Origin: Dehalococcoidia bacterium
GTDB lineage: Bacteria; Chloroflexota; Dehalococcoidia; Dehalococcoidales; UBA1222
DNA: 64,000 bases
Direction: 5' to 3'
Assembly: GCA_009779255.1 (NCBI GenBank)
Contig: WREQ01000001.1
Coordinates: 5,190-69,189, forward strand
Shown here: one piece after another, positions 47,611 through 57,521 of the stretch
How positions within the stretch are numbered: position 1 is the first letter of the stretch
How the letters are laid out: each line of letters opens with the position of its first letter
Position numbers and translations under genes: made by a program
The notes under the pieces: generated by a model
The model's input: the letters and a program-made list of their open reading frames with translations, nothing else
The model's database searches: none
What the model was told of the DNA's origin: nothing

Positions 47611-48711
47611 TTACTTTTTCTCTTTATCTACCATCTGCATAAACTGGTTGAACAAGTACAGAGCATCCAGTGGGCCCGACGATGCCTCAGAATGATACTG
47701 GATGGTAAAAATCGGCAGATCTTTGTGGCGCAAACCCTCCACCGTGTCGTCGTTGAGGTTGACATGGCTCACCTCCAGCCCATCCCCTATGCCGTCCGGA
47801 TCCACTATGTAGCCGTGGTTCTGGGCGGTGATATAGATATGCCCTGTGGCAAGATCTTTCACCGGTTGATTGCCGCCGCGGTGGCCGAACTTGAGCTTGA
47901 AGTTCCTTCCGCCGAAAGCGCGCGCGACAAGATGATTGCCCATGCAAATGCCCATGATGGGCACGAATCCAATCAGCCCCCGGATGGCATAAACCGCATA
48001 GTCCAGCAGTTCCGGATTGCCAGGTCCGGGAGACAGCAACACGCCGTCCGGTTTATATGCCAGAATATCCTTTGCACTGGTCGTGCAGGGTACCACGCGG
48101 ATATTGCAGCCCAGTGAACGCAGGATGCGCAGAACGTTATACTTACAGCCGTAATCCACCACCACAATGTTCCTGCGGCTTTCGCCATCCTCCGGATTTA
48201 ACTCATACGGCTCTCCCGTGGAAACCCCTCTGGCTAAATCGATGGTGTCGTAGCCGGGCGCGTTCGCCAGTATTTCCGCGGCTTCCTGCGGCGTGCGAGT
48301 AGAGGTCAGCACTCCCATCATCACCCCACAATCACGCAGCTTGCGCGTGATAGCGCGTGTATCCAGTCCGACTATGCCAGGAACACCTGCTCCAGCCAGA
48401 TAGTCTCCAATCGGCTGCCGACTGAGATAATGACTGGGTTCGACACAATTTTCGCGCACTACAAAGCCCCTGACCTGTATGCGCGATGATTCTGCATCAA
48501 TTTCATTGATACCATAGTTGCCGATTAGGGGATATGTGGGAATCACGATTTGCCCAGCATAGGAGGGGTCAGTCAGCATCTCCTGATAGCCAGCCATCGA
48601 GGTGTTGAATACCACCTCGCCGACGGCGTCGCAGTCGGCACCGAAGCTCTCGCCTTCGTATATGGATCCGTCCTGTAGCATTAATATGGCGCGTTTTATC
48701 ATATTCTTCAT
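47611..48711 (-). CDS. carA: carbamoyl-phosphate synthase small (glutamine amidotransferase) subunit
   Basis: 366 aa with the GATase triad region GICMGNH. Lies upstream of carB. Confidence 0.95.
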   Translation of the reverse strand: MKNMIKRAILMLQDGSIYEGESFGADCDAVGEVVFNTSMAGYQEMLTDPSYAGQIVIPTYPLIGNYGINEIDAESSRIQVRGFVVRENCVEPSHYLSRQPIGDYLAGAGVPGIVGLDTRAITRKLRDCGVMMGVLTSTRTPQEAAEILANAPGYDTIDLARGVSTGEPYELNPEDGESRRNIVVVDYGCKYNVLRILRSLGCNIRVVPCTTSAKDILAYKPDGVLLSPGPGNPELLDYAVYAIRGLIGFVPIMGICMGNHLVARAFGGRNFKLKFGHRGGNQPVKDLATGHIYITAQNHGYIVDPDGIGDGLEVSHVNLNDDTVEGLRHKDLPIFTIQYHSEASSGPLDALYLFNQFMQMVDKEKK

Positions 48712-48759
48712 CCTGATTTTATTACTCCGACAAAAGGGAGATTAAGATTCTTTTGCTCA

Positions 48760-50031
48760 TCATTCCTGATAAACAATTTTTCCCCCGAATATGGTTGCGA
48801 TAACCATGCCCTTCAGCTTTTCGCCGTCAAGCGGCGTGTTTTTGCCCATGGAAGCAAACTTCCCTGCATACACCACCCATTCCGCGTCCATGTCGATGAT
48901 GGTGATGTCGGCCGCCGCACCAACCGCCAGCATCCCAAACGGCTTGCCCAGGATTTTCGCCGGTTCCGCCGTCAGCTTGGCGATAAGAAGCGACAATTCC
49001 AGCTTGCCGGAATGCACAAGTGCCAGCAGACTCCCCAGCGCAGTCTCCAGCCCAGAGATGCCGCTGGCGGCATTGCCAAACTCGCACAGTTTGTCATTCA
49101 GGGTGTGCGGGGCATGATCGGTGGCGATGATGTCGATGGTGCCGTCTTTCAGGCCTTCGATAAGCGCGTCAACATCATTCCGCGTGCGAAGCGGCGGATT
49201 GACTTTGGCATTGGTGTTGTAACCCAGCACCCGCTCCTCGGTCATGGTGAGATGATGCGGTGTGGCCTCGCAAGTGACTTTTACCCCACGTTTTTTTGCC
49301 TGGCGTATCAGCTCTACGGAACCTGCGGTGCTTACATGCGCGATGTGCAGTCGCGCTCCGGTAAGTTCAGCCAGAATAATGTCGCGGGCAACCGCAACCT
49401 CTTCGGCGGCATTGGGCACACCACACAGCCCCAGCCGGGTGGCGATGATACCATCATTCATCACCCCATCAGCCGACAGGGATGGATCCTCACAGTGCTG
49501 GATAATCGGTAGCCCGGTTGGCAGACTGTATTCCATGGCGCGGCGCATCAACCGCGGGTCATTCACGTAACTTCCGTCATCCGAGAAACCCACCACGCCC
49601 GCTCCCGCCACTTCCTGCATATCGGCCAGCTCTCCCCCATTTCTGCCGCGGGTAATGCATCCTACAGGTAGCACACGCACCACCGCCTCTTTTTCAGCGA
49701 TGGTTTTGACATATTCGACAATAGCCAGGTTGTCCATCGCCGGACTGGTATTGGGCATACAGCACACCGTGGTAAAACCACCGCGCGCCGCCGCCCGCGC
49801 CCCGGTGGCAATCGTCTCCTTCTGCTCATAACCCGGCTGGCGCAGATGGCAATGCAGATCTATGAAACCCGGACAGACAACCTTTCCACGCGCATCAATA
49901 ACTTCGGCCTCTGACGGCATGTTCCCGCCGATGCTCTCGACCCTGCCTGCGGAAATGAGGACATCCGTAATATCATCCAGATTTTGCGACGGGTCGATAA
50001 CGCGCCCACCTTTGATAATCAAATCATTCAT
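48760..50031 (-). CDS. pyrC: dihydroorotase
   Basis: 423 aa with the [12 protein letters not shown] metal-binding motif. Confidence 0.94.
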   Translation of the reverse strand: MNDLIIKGGRVIDPSQNLDDITDVLISAGRVESIGGNMPSEAEVIDARGKVVCPGFIDLHCHLRQPGYEQKETIATGARAAARGGFTTVCCMPNTSPAMDNLAIVEYVKTIAEKEAVVRVLPVGCITRGRNGGELADMQEVAGAGVVGFSDDGSYVNDPRLMRRAMEYSLPTGLPIIQHCEDPSLSADGVMNDGIIATRLGLCGVPNAAEEVAVARDIILAELTGARLHIAHVSTAGSVELIRQAKKRGVKVTCEATPHHLTMTEERVLGYNTNAKVNPPLRTRNDVDALIEGLKDGTIDIIATDHAPHTLNDKLCEFGNAASGISGLETALGSLLALVHSGKLELSLLIAKLTAEPAKILGKPFGMLAVGAAADITIIDMDAEWVVYAGKFASMGKNTPLDGEKLKGMVIATIFGGKIVYQE

Positions 50032-51008
50032 AGCTCTTTACTCCCAGACAACAGATACAGTAACGCCATGCGCACCGCCACCCCGTTGGCCACCTGCTCG
50101 TTTACCATCGAGCGCGGCCCGTGTAGCACGTCGCCAGCAAGTTCTACATCCTCGTTCACCGGCCCAGGGTGCATCACGATGGCGTCCGGCTTTGCCAGCG
50201 CCAGCCGCTCTTTGTTCAATTGGTAGCCGCTGGTAAATTCGCGCAGCCCCGGCAGTAGCCCGCTCTGCATTCTCTCCTTCTGCAGCCTGAGACACATTAC
50301 CACATCGGCATCTTGAAGCGCCGCGTTGATGTCGGTGGTGACATTAACATCAGGGAAACGGCCTTGCGGATCATCCATCCCAGCCGGCAGCAAAGTCGGC
50401 GGAGCGCACAGGGTCACTTTCGCCCCCATTTTGCTCAGGCACCAGATATTGGAATGCGCCACGCGGCTGTGTTTTATATCGCCGACGATAGCGACCTTGA
50501 GGCCATTGACGCTCATCTTGTGACGACGCATGGTGTACAGGTCGAGTAGCGCTTGAGTGGGATGGGCGTGCCAGCCGTCGCCGGCGTTAAGCAAGTTGGC
50601 TTTGACATAGGGCGCGGCGCAGTAGTGCGCGCCGGACAGCGGATGCCGCATCACAATTATATCGGCGCCGATGGCTTCAAGAGTGTTGAGGGTGTCTATC
50701 AGACTCTCACCCTTGGTTACAGAGGACGACTGCGCCGTAATATTGACCACGTCGGCGGAGAGATTTTTTGCCGCCGCCTCGAAGGAGCCGCGCGTGCGCG
50801 TGCTGGCTTCGTAGAACACGGTGAACACTGTTTTACCGCGCAGAGCGGGTACTTTTCTGATCGGGCGGGAGAGCACGTCCTTCATGGCGTCAGCGGTCTG
50901 CATCACCAGCTCTATTTCGGCAGTACTGAAATCATCCACATCCAATACGTGATGATGCCGCCACGCTACGGACTCACCCGCCTGAGACACCGTTTCCTTA
51001 CCCGACAT
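50028..51008 (-). CDS. pyrB: aspartate carbamoyltransferase catalytic subunit
   Basis: ORF trimmed to [13 protein letters not shown] overlap with the pyrR stop. FYEASTRTR and HPTQ motifs are present. Confidence 0.93.
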   Translation of the reverse strand: MSGKETVSQAGESVAWRHHHVLDVDDFSTAEIELVMQTADAMKDVLSRPIRKVPALRGKTVFTVFYEASTRTRGSFEAAAKNLSADVVNITAQSSSVTKGESLIDTLNTLEAIGADIIVMRHPLSGAHYCAAPYVKANLLNAGDGWHAHPTQALLDLYTMRRHKMSVNGLKVAIVGDIKHSRVAHSNIWCLSKMGAKVTLCAPPTLLPAGMDDPQGRFPDVNVTTDINAALQDADVVMCLRLQKERMQSGLLPGLREFTSGYQLNKERLALAKPDAIVMHPGPVNEDVELAGDVLHGPRSMVNEQVANGVAVRMALLYLLSGSKEL

Positions 51009-51541
51009 CAATCCTCCTCCCTCACAATCCTGACCTCGTCCGCGCCGTCCGCCTCCGTCAGACACACCTGCACGTCCTCGTCCTTCGCGGACGGAATGTT
51101 CTTGCCGACATAATCGGCGCGGATAGGAAGCTCACGATGGCCGCGGTCCACCAGCACCGCCAGTTGAATCACTTCCGGGCGGCCGAGATCGATAAGGGCA
51201 TCCATAGCGGCGCGCGCCGAGCGCCCAGTGTAAAGCACATCGTCCACCAGCACCACCACCTTGCCAGCGATGCTACCCGGAATAGCGGTGGATTTTACCT
51301 GCAGGCTGCGTGCCGGCAGGTCATCGCGGTAAAGCGAGAAGTCCAGCGCGCCAACGGGAACATCTATTTTTTCGAAAGAGGTGATATTGGCGGCCAGTCT
51401 CACCGCCAACGGAAAACCGCGGGTGTGCATACCAACCAGCACGATGTTTTCAATGGTGCGGTTGCGCTCGACAATCTCGTGTGCCATGCGCGCAAGCGAG
51501 CGCCGCATCTCATCGGCGGTCATGATGACCTTTGCTGACAT
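51008..51541 (-). CDS. pyrR: bifunctional pyrimidine operon regulator / uracil phosphoribosyltransferase PyrR
   Basis: Trimmed to [29 protein letters not shown]-binding [13 protein letters not shown] motif is present. Confidence 0.93.
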   Translation of the reverse strand: MSAKVIMTADEMRRSLARMAHEIVERNRTIENIVLVGMHTRGFPLAVRLAANITSFEKIDVPVGALDFSLYRDDLPARSLQVKSTAIPGSIAGKVVVLVDDVLYTGRSARAAMDALIDLGRPEVIQLAVLVDRGHRELPIRADYVGKNIPSAKDEDVQVCLTEADGADEVRIVREED

Positions 51542-51544
51542 AAA

Positions 51545-51625
51545 TAAAACCTCTCGCCATTCTGCCGGCAAGAGGTTACAGTGCACCATGCTCATCCCCC
51601 TTACCAGCCTCTCTGGACTGACTTA
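51545..51625 (-). promoter_or_regulatory. PyrR-binding attenuator: binding loop plus intrinsic terminator
   Basis: The minus-strand RNA contains GUCCAGAGAGGCUGG (plus-strand 51605-51618), matching the PyrR box UCCAGAGAGGCU. It is followed by terminator CCUCUUGCC-loop-GGCGAGAGG (51550-51575) and UUUUAUUU running into the pyrR AUG. Confidence 0.85.
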
Positions 51626-51689
51626 AAGTGCGGGAATCCAATCCAATTGTCCAGTAGTATATCAGAAGAATGGGGGAGAAATCAAAACG

Positions 51690-51995
51690 GTGTGGCAGGT
51701 GTGCGCTTACTATTATGAAAATCATCTTGGAAGATTAGGCGTTGCTAAGCTTGTGGAACAAATACGACCTGCGCTATGTGTAATATCTGAATTCGGGGAA
51801 GAATTTTCCAATCATCGCAAAGCAGTCGCTGATGTTTTTAACGAAGCCTTTTCTCAGACAAAATTTCTGCCGGCTGATATTGGACTATGCATAAATAGCA
51901 CAATGAAAGTTTGGGGAACAGCAACCAAGAAATTCATAGCCGTTAAAGATGTAAAATATAGTGAGTCCGTCAAAAGTATTTCATATAACAGTTAA
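51690..51995 (+). pseudogene. possible C-terminal fragment of an MBL-fold hydrolase (very tentative)
   Basis: 101-aa AT-rich ORF with a GTG start. HLGRLGVAKLVEQIRPALCVISEFGEE resembles the last strands of metallo-beta-lactamase-fold proteins, but there are no N-terminal metal motifs. Confidence 0.25.
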
Positions 51996-52150
51996 TTTTT
52001 CTATACTGACCTGCTCGCATCCCATAAATAATACCAATACCTTTTAGAATTCTCCGCGAAAATGTCCCCAAAGCTTTGATATAAATTCAGTACTGCTTGA
52101 CACTCATTCCCCACCGTTGTATCCTTATTGTATATACATCGGAGGCCATT

Positions 52151-52387
52151 ATGAAATCACGCATCGGCAAATGGGGCAACAGTCTGGCGGTACGAATCCC
52201 GCACTCCTTCGCCAAAGAAGTCGGTATCAGGCATGAGACGGACGTAGAGTTGTCGCTGACCGACGGCGCAGTGGTAATCAAGCCCTTTTCCGTGCCTGCA
52301 CTTGATAAACTATTGGCTGAAATAACCCATGAGAATCTGCACCGCGAGACAGAAACCGGTGGCGCTGTCGGGTGTGAGGCGTGGTAA
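52151..52387 (+). CDS. mazE: MazE/AbrB-SpoVT-family antitoxin
   Basis: Trimmed to MKSRIGKWGNSLAVRIPHSFAKEVG after a GGAGG SD. This is the swapped-hairpin AbrB motif. Confidence 0.88.
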   Translation: MKSRIGKWGNSLAVRIPHSFAKEVGIRHETDVELSLTDGAVVIKPFSVPALDKLLAEITHENLHRETETGGAVGCEAW

Positions 52388-52728
52388 CTTCCCGCCCTTA
52401 CGTGCCCGAGCGCGGCGATGCCGTCTGGATTGATATGGACCCGCAGGCCGGTCATGAGCAGTCAGGACGCCGCCCTGCGGTGGTGCTCTCTCCGGCAAGC
52501 TACAATGAAAAAACCGGCCTGGCACTGTTGTGTCCGATTACCAACCAGCGAAAGGGCTACCCTTTCGAAGTGCGACTGCCCGAAGGGATCGCGGTATCTG
52601 GCGCGGTACTCTCGGATCAGGTGAAATGTCTTGACTGGCGCGCCCGCAAAGCGGAACTGATTTCCACCATTCCGAATGCCGCCGTCGAGGAAATTCTGGC
52701 GAAACTGTCCGCCCTGCTGTCTTTCTGA
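52381..52728 (+). CDS. mazF: MazF/PemK-family mRNA interferase toxin
   Basis: 115 aa with PERGDAVWIDMDPQAGHEQSGRRPAVVLS and LLCPITNQ motifs. Overlaps mazE by 7 nt. Confidence 0.9.
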   Translation: MVTSRPYVPERGDAVWIDMDPQAGHEQSGRRPAVVLSPASYNEKTGLALLCPITNQRKGYPFEVRLPEGIAVSGAVLSDQVKCLDWRARKAELISTIPNAAVEEILAKLSALLSF

Positions 52729-52908
52729 TGACGCGTAGTCCGTGCCATTTTTTTATTGTCGTTGCGGCTTTTTAATGCCATTGCGGACTTGTTCCGCAAT
52801 CCAAAGCGACACCTCGATGCCACCCCACCACCTCCAGCTCCTTCGTCCTCGCCGCAGCGGACCTCCAGGATGGACTGGTACTGAATCAAGCAAAGAAGTC
52901 TCCCCGAA

Positions 52909-52917
52909 TGTTATAAT
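52909..52917 (+). promoter_or_regulatory. extended -10 element (TGTTATAAT) immediately upstream of pcrA
   Basis: Perfect TGnTATAAT at 52909-52917. The pcrA ATG lies 8 nt downstream at 52926. No good -35 was found. Confidence 0.35.
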
Positions 52918-52925
52918 TGAGCCCT

Positions 52926-55106
52926 ATGACCGACATACTCTCAGGCCTCAACCCAGCCCAAAAAGAAGCCGTCGAAACCATTCAAGGACCCGTGCTGATA
53001 CTGGCCGGCCCTGGCTCCGGCAAAACCCGCGTCATCACCCACCGCATTTCTTATCTGGCAAAGGTGTGCGGTGTAAGTCCGCGTCATATTATGGCCGTGA
53101 CCTTCACAAACAAGGCCGCCAAAGAGATGCAGGAACGCTTGTCTGTGCTAGCTCAGTCCGCCGCGCGCGACATAACCATGGGTACCTTCCACGCCATCTG
53201 CGCCCGCATCCTGCGCATTGACGGCAAAACCATCGGAATAGATACCGGCTTCGTGATTTATGACCAGGATGACCAGGTCTCGCTGGTCAAGCGCGCCATG
53301 CTGGCGCTCAATCTCGACCCCAAGCAGCACTCGCCAAATGCCGTCCTGAACCAGATTTCGCAGGCCAAGAGCCAGATGTTGGCGCCCGCGGATTACATAA
53401 AACTTGGCCGCAGTTATTTCGAAGAACTATGCGGACGCGTTTACGAGCGCTATCAGGAACTGCTGAAAACCTCAAACGCGCTTGACTTCGACGATCTGCT
53501 GATGCGCACCGTCGAGCTTTTCCGCAAGCATAAAGATGTGCTGGATAGTTATCAGGCGCGCTACACTCACGTCATGGTGGACGAGTTCCAAGACACCAAT
53601 CTGGTGCAATACGAACTGGTTAAACTCATCTCCGGCAAATACCGTAACCTCTGCGTGGTGGGCGACCCCGACCAGTCCATCTACTCATGGCGCTCCGCCG
53701 ACCTGCGCAACATCCTCAATTTTGAAAAAGATTACCCAGATGCCAAAACCATCATGCTGGAGCAGAACTACCGCTCCACCAAAACCATCCTTGATGCCGC
53801 CTCGGCAGTGATTGCGGCCAACCGGCAACGCAAGCTCAAACAGCTTTTCACCGAGAACGAGCAGGGCGCACCGGTTACGCTGGCTGAGGCCTACAACGAA
53901 GCCGAGGAAGCCCAGTTCGTGGCCAATGAAATCGAGAAGCTGGCCGGGCGCGGGGAAGCCAAACTTGGCGAGATTGCCGTGATGTACCGCACCAACGCCC
54001 AGTCCCGCGCCTTGGAAGAGGCATTCATCCGCTACGGCACCGCCTACAGGCTGGTGGCCGGCACGCGCTTCTACGAACGCAAAGAGGTCAAAGACGTCAT
54101 CGCCTATCTGCGCATTATCCAGAACCCGGCTGATGACATCAGCCTGATGCGTATCATCAACGTGCCAACGCGCGGCATCGGCGAGCGCACCATAGCCGAC
54201 CTCTCAGCTTGGGCCAGAAGCCGCGAGATTTCAATCTACGCCGCCATACATGAGCTGGCAGAGAATCTTACCGAAAAACCCCTCTTCAATCCGCGCACCA
54301 CCAAACTGCTGTCAGATTTTCACGGAATGATAGAAGAATTCAGAAAGCAGAGCGCGGAGCTACCTCTGTTGAAGCTCTTTGACCGCGTCATTAACCGCAC
54401 CGGTTTTCAGGAATATCTTGCAGCCATGCCCGACGGCGAAGACCGCCTCGACAACGTCATGGAGCTGCGCGGTGTGGCGCAGGATTATAACGACCTGCCG
54501 CCCGGCGAAGCGTTGCCAGCGCTGCTGGAAGGTATAGCGCTGGTTTCGGATGTAGACGGGCTGAGTGAGTCCGGAGACGCCGTCACCCTGATTACACTGC
54601 ATCAGGCCAAGGGGTTGGAATTTCCAGTCGTGTTTATCGCCGGCATGGAGGAAGGCATCCTGCCGCATATCCGCTCCTTCGACGACCCCGCCCAAATGGA
54701 AGAGGAGCGCCGGCTATGCTACGTTGGCATTACCCGCGCCAGACGCCGCGTGTATCTGGTGCGTGCCTTCCGCCGTGCCATGATGGGGTCTTCAAATGTC
54801 AACGCTCCGTCACGCTTCCTCAAGGACATCCCCGATTCACTCACCTCAGGCGCCCGCCCGTGGAAAGCGGAGCAGGTAAAACTGCATCGCAGGGAAGTCG
54901 AACTGCAGGCGGAACCGGATGTCGACGTAAACCAGGAACTCACCGAACTAAAAGCAGGAGATGCGGTGCGACACACTAAGTTCGGCGAAGGCGTCATCAT
55001 CAGCGCCCATCCTGTGCGCGGCGATATGGAGGCGATCGTGGCCTTCAAGGACGTAGGGGTCAAGAAGCTGCTGCTCAGTTTCGCAAAACTGGAAAAGGTA
55101 GAATAA
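52926..55106 (+). CDS. pcrA: ATP-dependent DNA helicase PcrA/UvrD
   Basis: MTDILSGLNPAQKEAV, Walker A AGPGSGKT, DEFQDTN and the other SF1 motifs are present. A TTG at 52917 is an alternative start. Confidence 0.94.
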   Translation: MTDILSGLNPAQKEAVETIQGPVLILAGPGSGKTRVITHRISYLAKVCGVSPRHIMAVTFTNKAAKEMQERLSVLAQSAARDITMGTFHAICARILRIDGKTIGIDTGFVIYDQDDQVSLVKRAMLALNLDPKQHSPNAVLNQISQAKSQMLAPADYIKLGRSYFEELCGRVYERYQELLKTSNALDFDDLLMRTVELFRKHKDVLDSYQARYTHVMVDEFQDTNLVQYELVKLISGKYRNLCVVGDPDQSIYSWRSADLRNILNFEKDYPDAKTIMLEQNYRSTKTILDAASAVIAANRQRKLKQLFTENEQGAPVTLAEAYNEAEEAQFVANEIEKLAGRGEAKLGEIAVMYRTNAQSRALEEAFIRYGTAYRLVAGTRFYERKEVKDVIAYLRIIQNPADDISLMRIINVPTRGIGERTIADLSAWARSREISIYAAIHELAENLTEKPLFNPRTTKLLSDFHGMIEEFRKQSAELPLLKLFDRVINRTGFQEYLAAMPDGEDRLDNVMELRGVAQDYNDLPPGEALPALLEGIALVSDVDGLSESGDAVTLITLHQAKGLEFPVVFIAGMEEGILPHIRSFDDPAQMEEERRLCYVGITRARRRVYLVRAFRRAMMGSSNVNAPSRFLKDIPDSLTSGARPWKAEQVKLHRREVELQAEPDVDVNQELTELKAGDAVRHTKFGEGVIISAHPVRGDMEAIVAFKDVGVKKLLLSFAKLEKVE

Positions 55107-55109
55107 ATC

Positions 55110-56816
55110 TTGGCAATTCAAGTGTTGGACGAACATGTCATCGCCCGCATCGCCGCCGGCGAGGTTATTGAGCGTCCAGCGTCGGTGGTTAAAGAATTAG
55201 TCGAAAATGCCATCGATGCCGGCGCCACTCAGATTTCAATCGAGATACAGGGCGGAGGGCTTGAACTCATCCGCGTCTCGGATGACGGGTGCGGCATCGC
55301 CACTCCGGAACTCGAAACCGCCTTCCTGCGCCACGCCACCAGCAAGATTCGCCGCTTTGAGGATATGTTCACGCTACATTCGCTGGGCTTCCGCGGCGAA
55401 GCGCTGCCCTCTATTGCAGCAGTAGCCGATGTGGAAGTCACTTCATGTCCGTCCGGTAGCACCGCCGGGATGCAGATTAAAATCAATGGCGGCAAAAAAA
55501 TAAACACTGCTACAGCAGGCCGCGCGCCTGGAACCACTTTCAGCGCCACAGGGCTATTTCAATCCGTTCCCGCCAGATTGAAATTCCTCAAGTCGCGCCA
55601 GACCGAAAATTCCCATACCGCATCTGTAATCAGCCGCTATGCTCTGGCTTATCCCGAAGTGAAGTTTAGCCTTGCTATTGACGGCAGGAACGCCTTGAGC
55701 ACGCCTGGCAGCGGCAGACTTGAAGACGCCATAATCAGTGTATACGGGATTGACGTGGCGCGCGAGATGCTGGAGGTCAGTGAAGACAGTGGAGACACAA
55801 AGATAAGCGGCATGGCCGCCGGACCGGCGATCTCCCGCGCAAACAACAGCTTTATCAACCTCTTCGTCAACCGCCGCTGGGTCACCAGCCGCCGTCTGGT
55901 TTATGCCGTGGAAGAAGCCTATCACGGACTTTTGATGACCGGCAGGCATCCACTTGCCGTCGTCAACATATGGGTGCCGCCGCAGGACGTAGACGTCAAC
56001 ATCCACCCCACCAAAAGCGAGGTGAAGTTCCGTGATGAGTCAGTCGTCTTCTCCGCCGTGCAAAAAGCGGTGCGCCGGGCGCTGGTGCAAAGTACACCTG
56101 TCCCGCGGGCATCCGAAGCGTCGGCAATCTACAAGACCGCGCCGCTTCCGCAAATTTTCAACCGGCAACCCCATACGCCGATTGAACGGCATGGCTACCT
56201 GTATCCGACTCCGGCTATAGAGACCACCCCACTGCCCCCGCCAAAGATGACTTTGCCGGCACTGCGTCTGCTCGGCCAGTTCAGAAACAGTTACATCATT
56301 GCGGAGGGACCTGACGGGCTGTATCTGATCGACCAGCACGCCGCCCACGAGAGGGTATTATTCGAAAAACTCCGCCGCGAAAAGACACAGGGCATACCGG
56401 AGGTACAGGCACTTCTGACGCCAGAAACCATGGAGGTGACACCGGCTCAATCGGTAATACTGGAAGCGGGACTCGACGGGCTTGCCGAATACGGTTTCCA
56501 TCTCGAAGATTTCGGGGCGAACACCTATCTGGTGCGCACCATACCAGCCATGCTAGCAGACAAAAACTGGAAAGCCATGCTGACCGAACTACTGGATACC
56601 GCGGGAAAGGAACGCAGTCAGTTCATGGAAAGGCTGTCCGCCCTGACCGCCTGCCACAGCGCCGTAAAATTCGGGCAGTCATTATCCGCAGAGGAAATGC
56701 GCGAGCTGCTGCGACTGCTTGAACAGGCAGACCTACCCAACGCCTGTCCGCACGGCAGGCCTACCATAGTGTGCCTGCCAACCGGGCAACTGGAAAAAGA
56801 ATTCCGGCGGGGATAG
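55110..56816 (+). CDS. mutL: DNA mismatch repair protein MutL
   Basis: IAAGEVIERPASVVKELVENAIDAG is the GHKL ATPase N-terminus. The C-terminal dimerisation region carries ACHSAVK. TTG start. Confidence 0.94.
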   Translation: MAIQVLDEHVIARIAAGEVIERPASVVKELVENAIDAGATQISIEIQGGGLELIRVSDDGCGIATPELETAFLRHATSKIRRFEDMFTLHSLGFRGEALPSIAAVADVEVTSCPSGSTAGMQIKINGGKKINTATAGRAPGTTFSATGLFQSVPARLKFLKSRQTENSHTASVISRYALAYPEVKFSLAIDGRNALSTPGSGRLEDAIISVYGIDVAREMLEVSEDSGDTKISGMAAGPAISRANNSFINLFVNRRWVTSRRLVYAVEEAYHGLLMTGRHPLAVVNIWVPPQDVDVNIHPTKSEVKFRDESVVFSAVQKAVRRALVQSTPVPRASEASAIYKTAPLPQIFNRQPHTPIERHGYLYPTPAIETTPLPPPKMTLPALRLLGQFRNSYIIAEGPDGLYLIDQHAAHERVLFEKLRREKTQGIPEVQALLTPETMEVTPAQSVILEAGLDGLAEYGFHLEDFGANTYLVRTIPAMLADKNWKAMLTELLDTAGKERSQFMERLSALTACHSAVKFGQSLSAEEMRELLRLLEQADLPNACPHGRPTIVCLPTGQLEKEFRRG

Positions 56817-56870
56817 GCCGGTTTGGGGCCGACCACGCGAATACAGGCAGTAGCCTCATAGGAGGAAAAA

Positions 56871-57194
56871 ATGGCGACCACAGTTGATTTTATCGAATAT
56901 GTCTGCGGACAAATAGCAGGGACGGGCATAGTCCGGCATAGAAAGATGTTCGGCGAATATATGGTTTATGTGAATGACAAACCCCTTCTTTTGGTTTGCG
57001 ACAATACAGTATTTGTCAAAATTCTGCCCTGCTTGGATAAATTGATGTCCGGCGCCGAGAAGGGACACCCCTATGACGGCGCAAAAGAACATTATGTGCT
57101 GGATATGGACAATATTGAACTGTCCCGGGATGTTATCGCAGAATTACTGCCGGTAACGCCGTTACCAAAGCCAAGAAGAAAAAGTGCATTTTGA
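56871..57194 (+). CDS. TfoX N-terminal-domain protein
   Basis: 107 aa with the RKMFGEYMVYVNDK core of TfoX_N. AGGAGG SD. Confidence 0.8.
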   Translation: MATTVDFIEYVCGQIAGTGIVRHRKMFGEYMVYVNDKPLLLVCDNTVFVKILPCLDKLMSGAEKGHPYDGAKEHYVLDMDNIELSRDVIAELLPVTPLPKPRRKSAF

Positions 57195-57211
57195 CGGGAG
57201 GAGCCTCATTT

Positions 57212-57469
57212 ATGGGTGAACTTTCGGCACGGCCAAACATTGCCGCAAAACTGGAAAAACAACTTGCAGATATCGGGATTACGACTGTTGCTGAATTAAA
57301 AAATGTCGGCAGCCGTAAAGCGTGGCTGCGTATTTTGGCACGGGATCCGTCGGCCTGTATTATGCGGCTTTCGGCGCTTGAAGGCGCAATCCAGGAGGTG
57401 CGCTGGAATTATCTTGACGATACAACTAAAATAGCATTAAGGGACTTCTATCAAAAACATAAAGGCTGA
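57212..57469 (+). CDS. TfoX C-terminal-domain protein
   Basis: MGELSARPNIAAKLEKQLADIGITTVAELKNVGSRKAW is the HhH-like TfoX_C pattern. It is in a different frame from, and directly after, the TfoX_N ORF. Confidence 0.75.
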   Translation: MGELSARPNIAAKLEKQLADIGITTVAELKNVGSRKAWLRILARDPSACIMRLSALEGAIQEVRWNYLDDTTKIALRDFYQKHKG

Positions 57470-57521
57470 TTGATATTAACGGACACAAAATAACATTACA
57501 TAACAGGAGGGAAAGAAAGCA

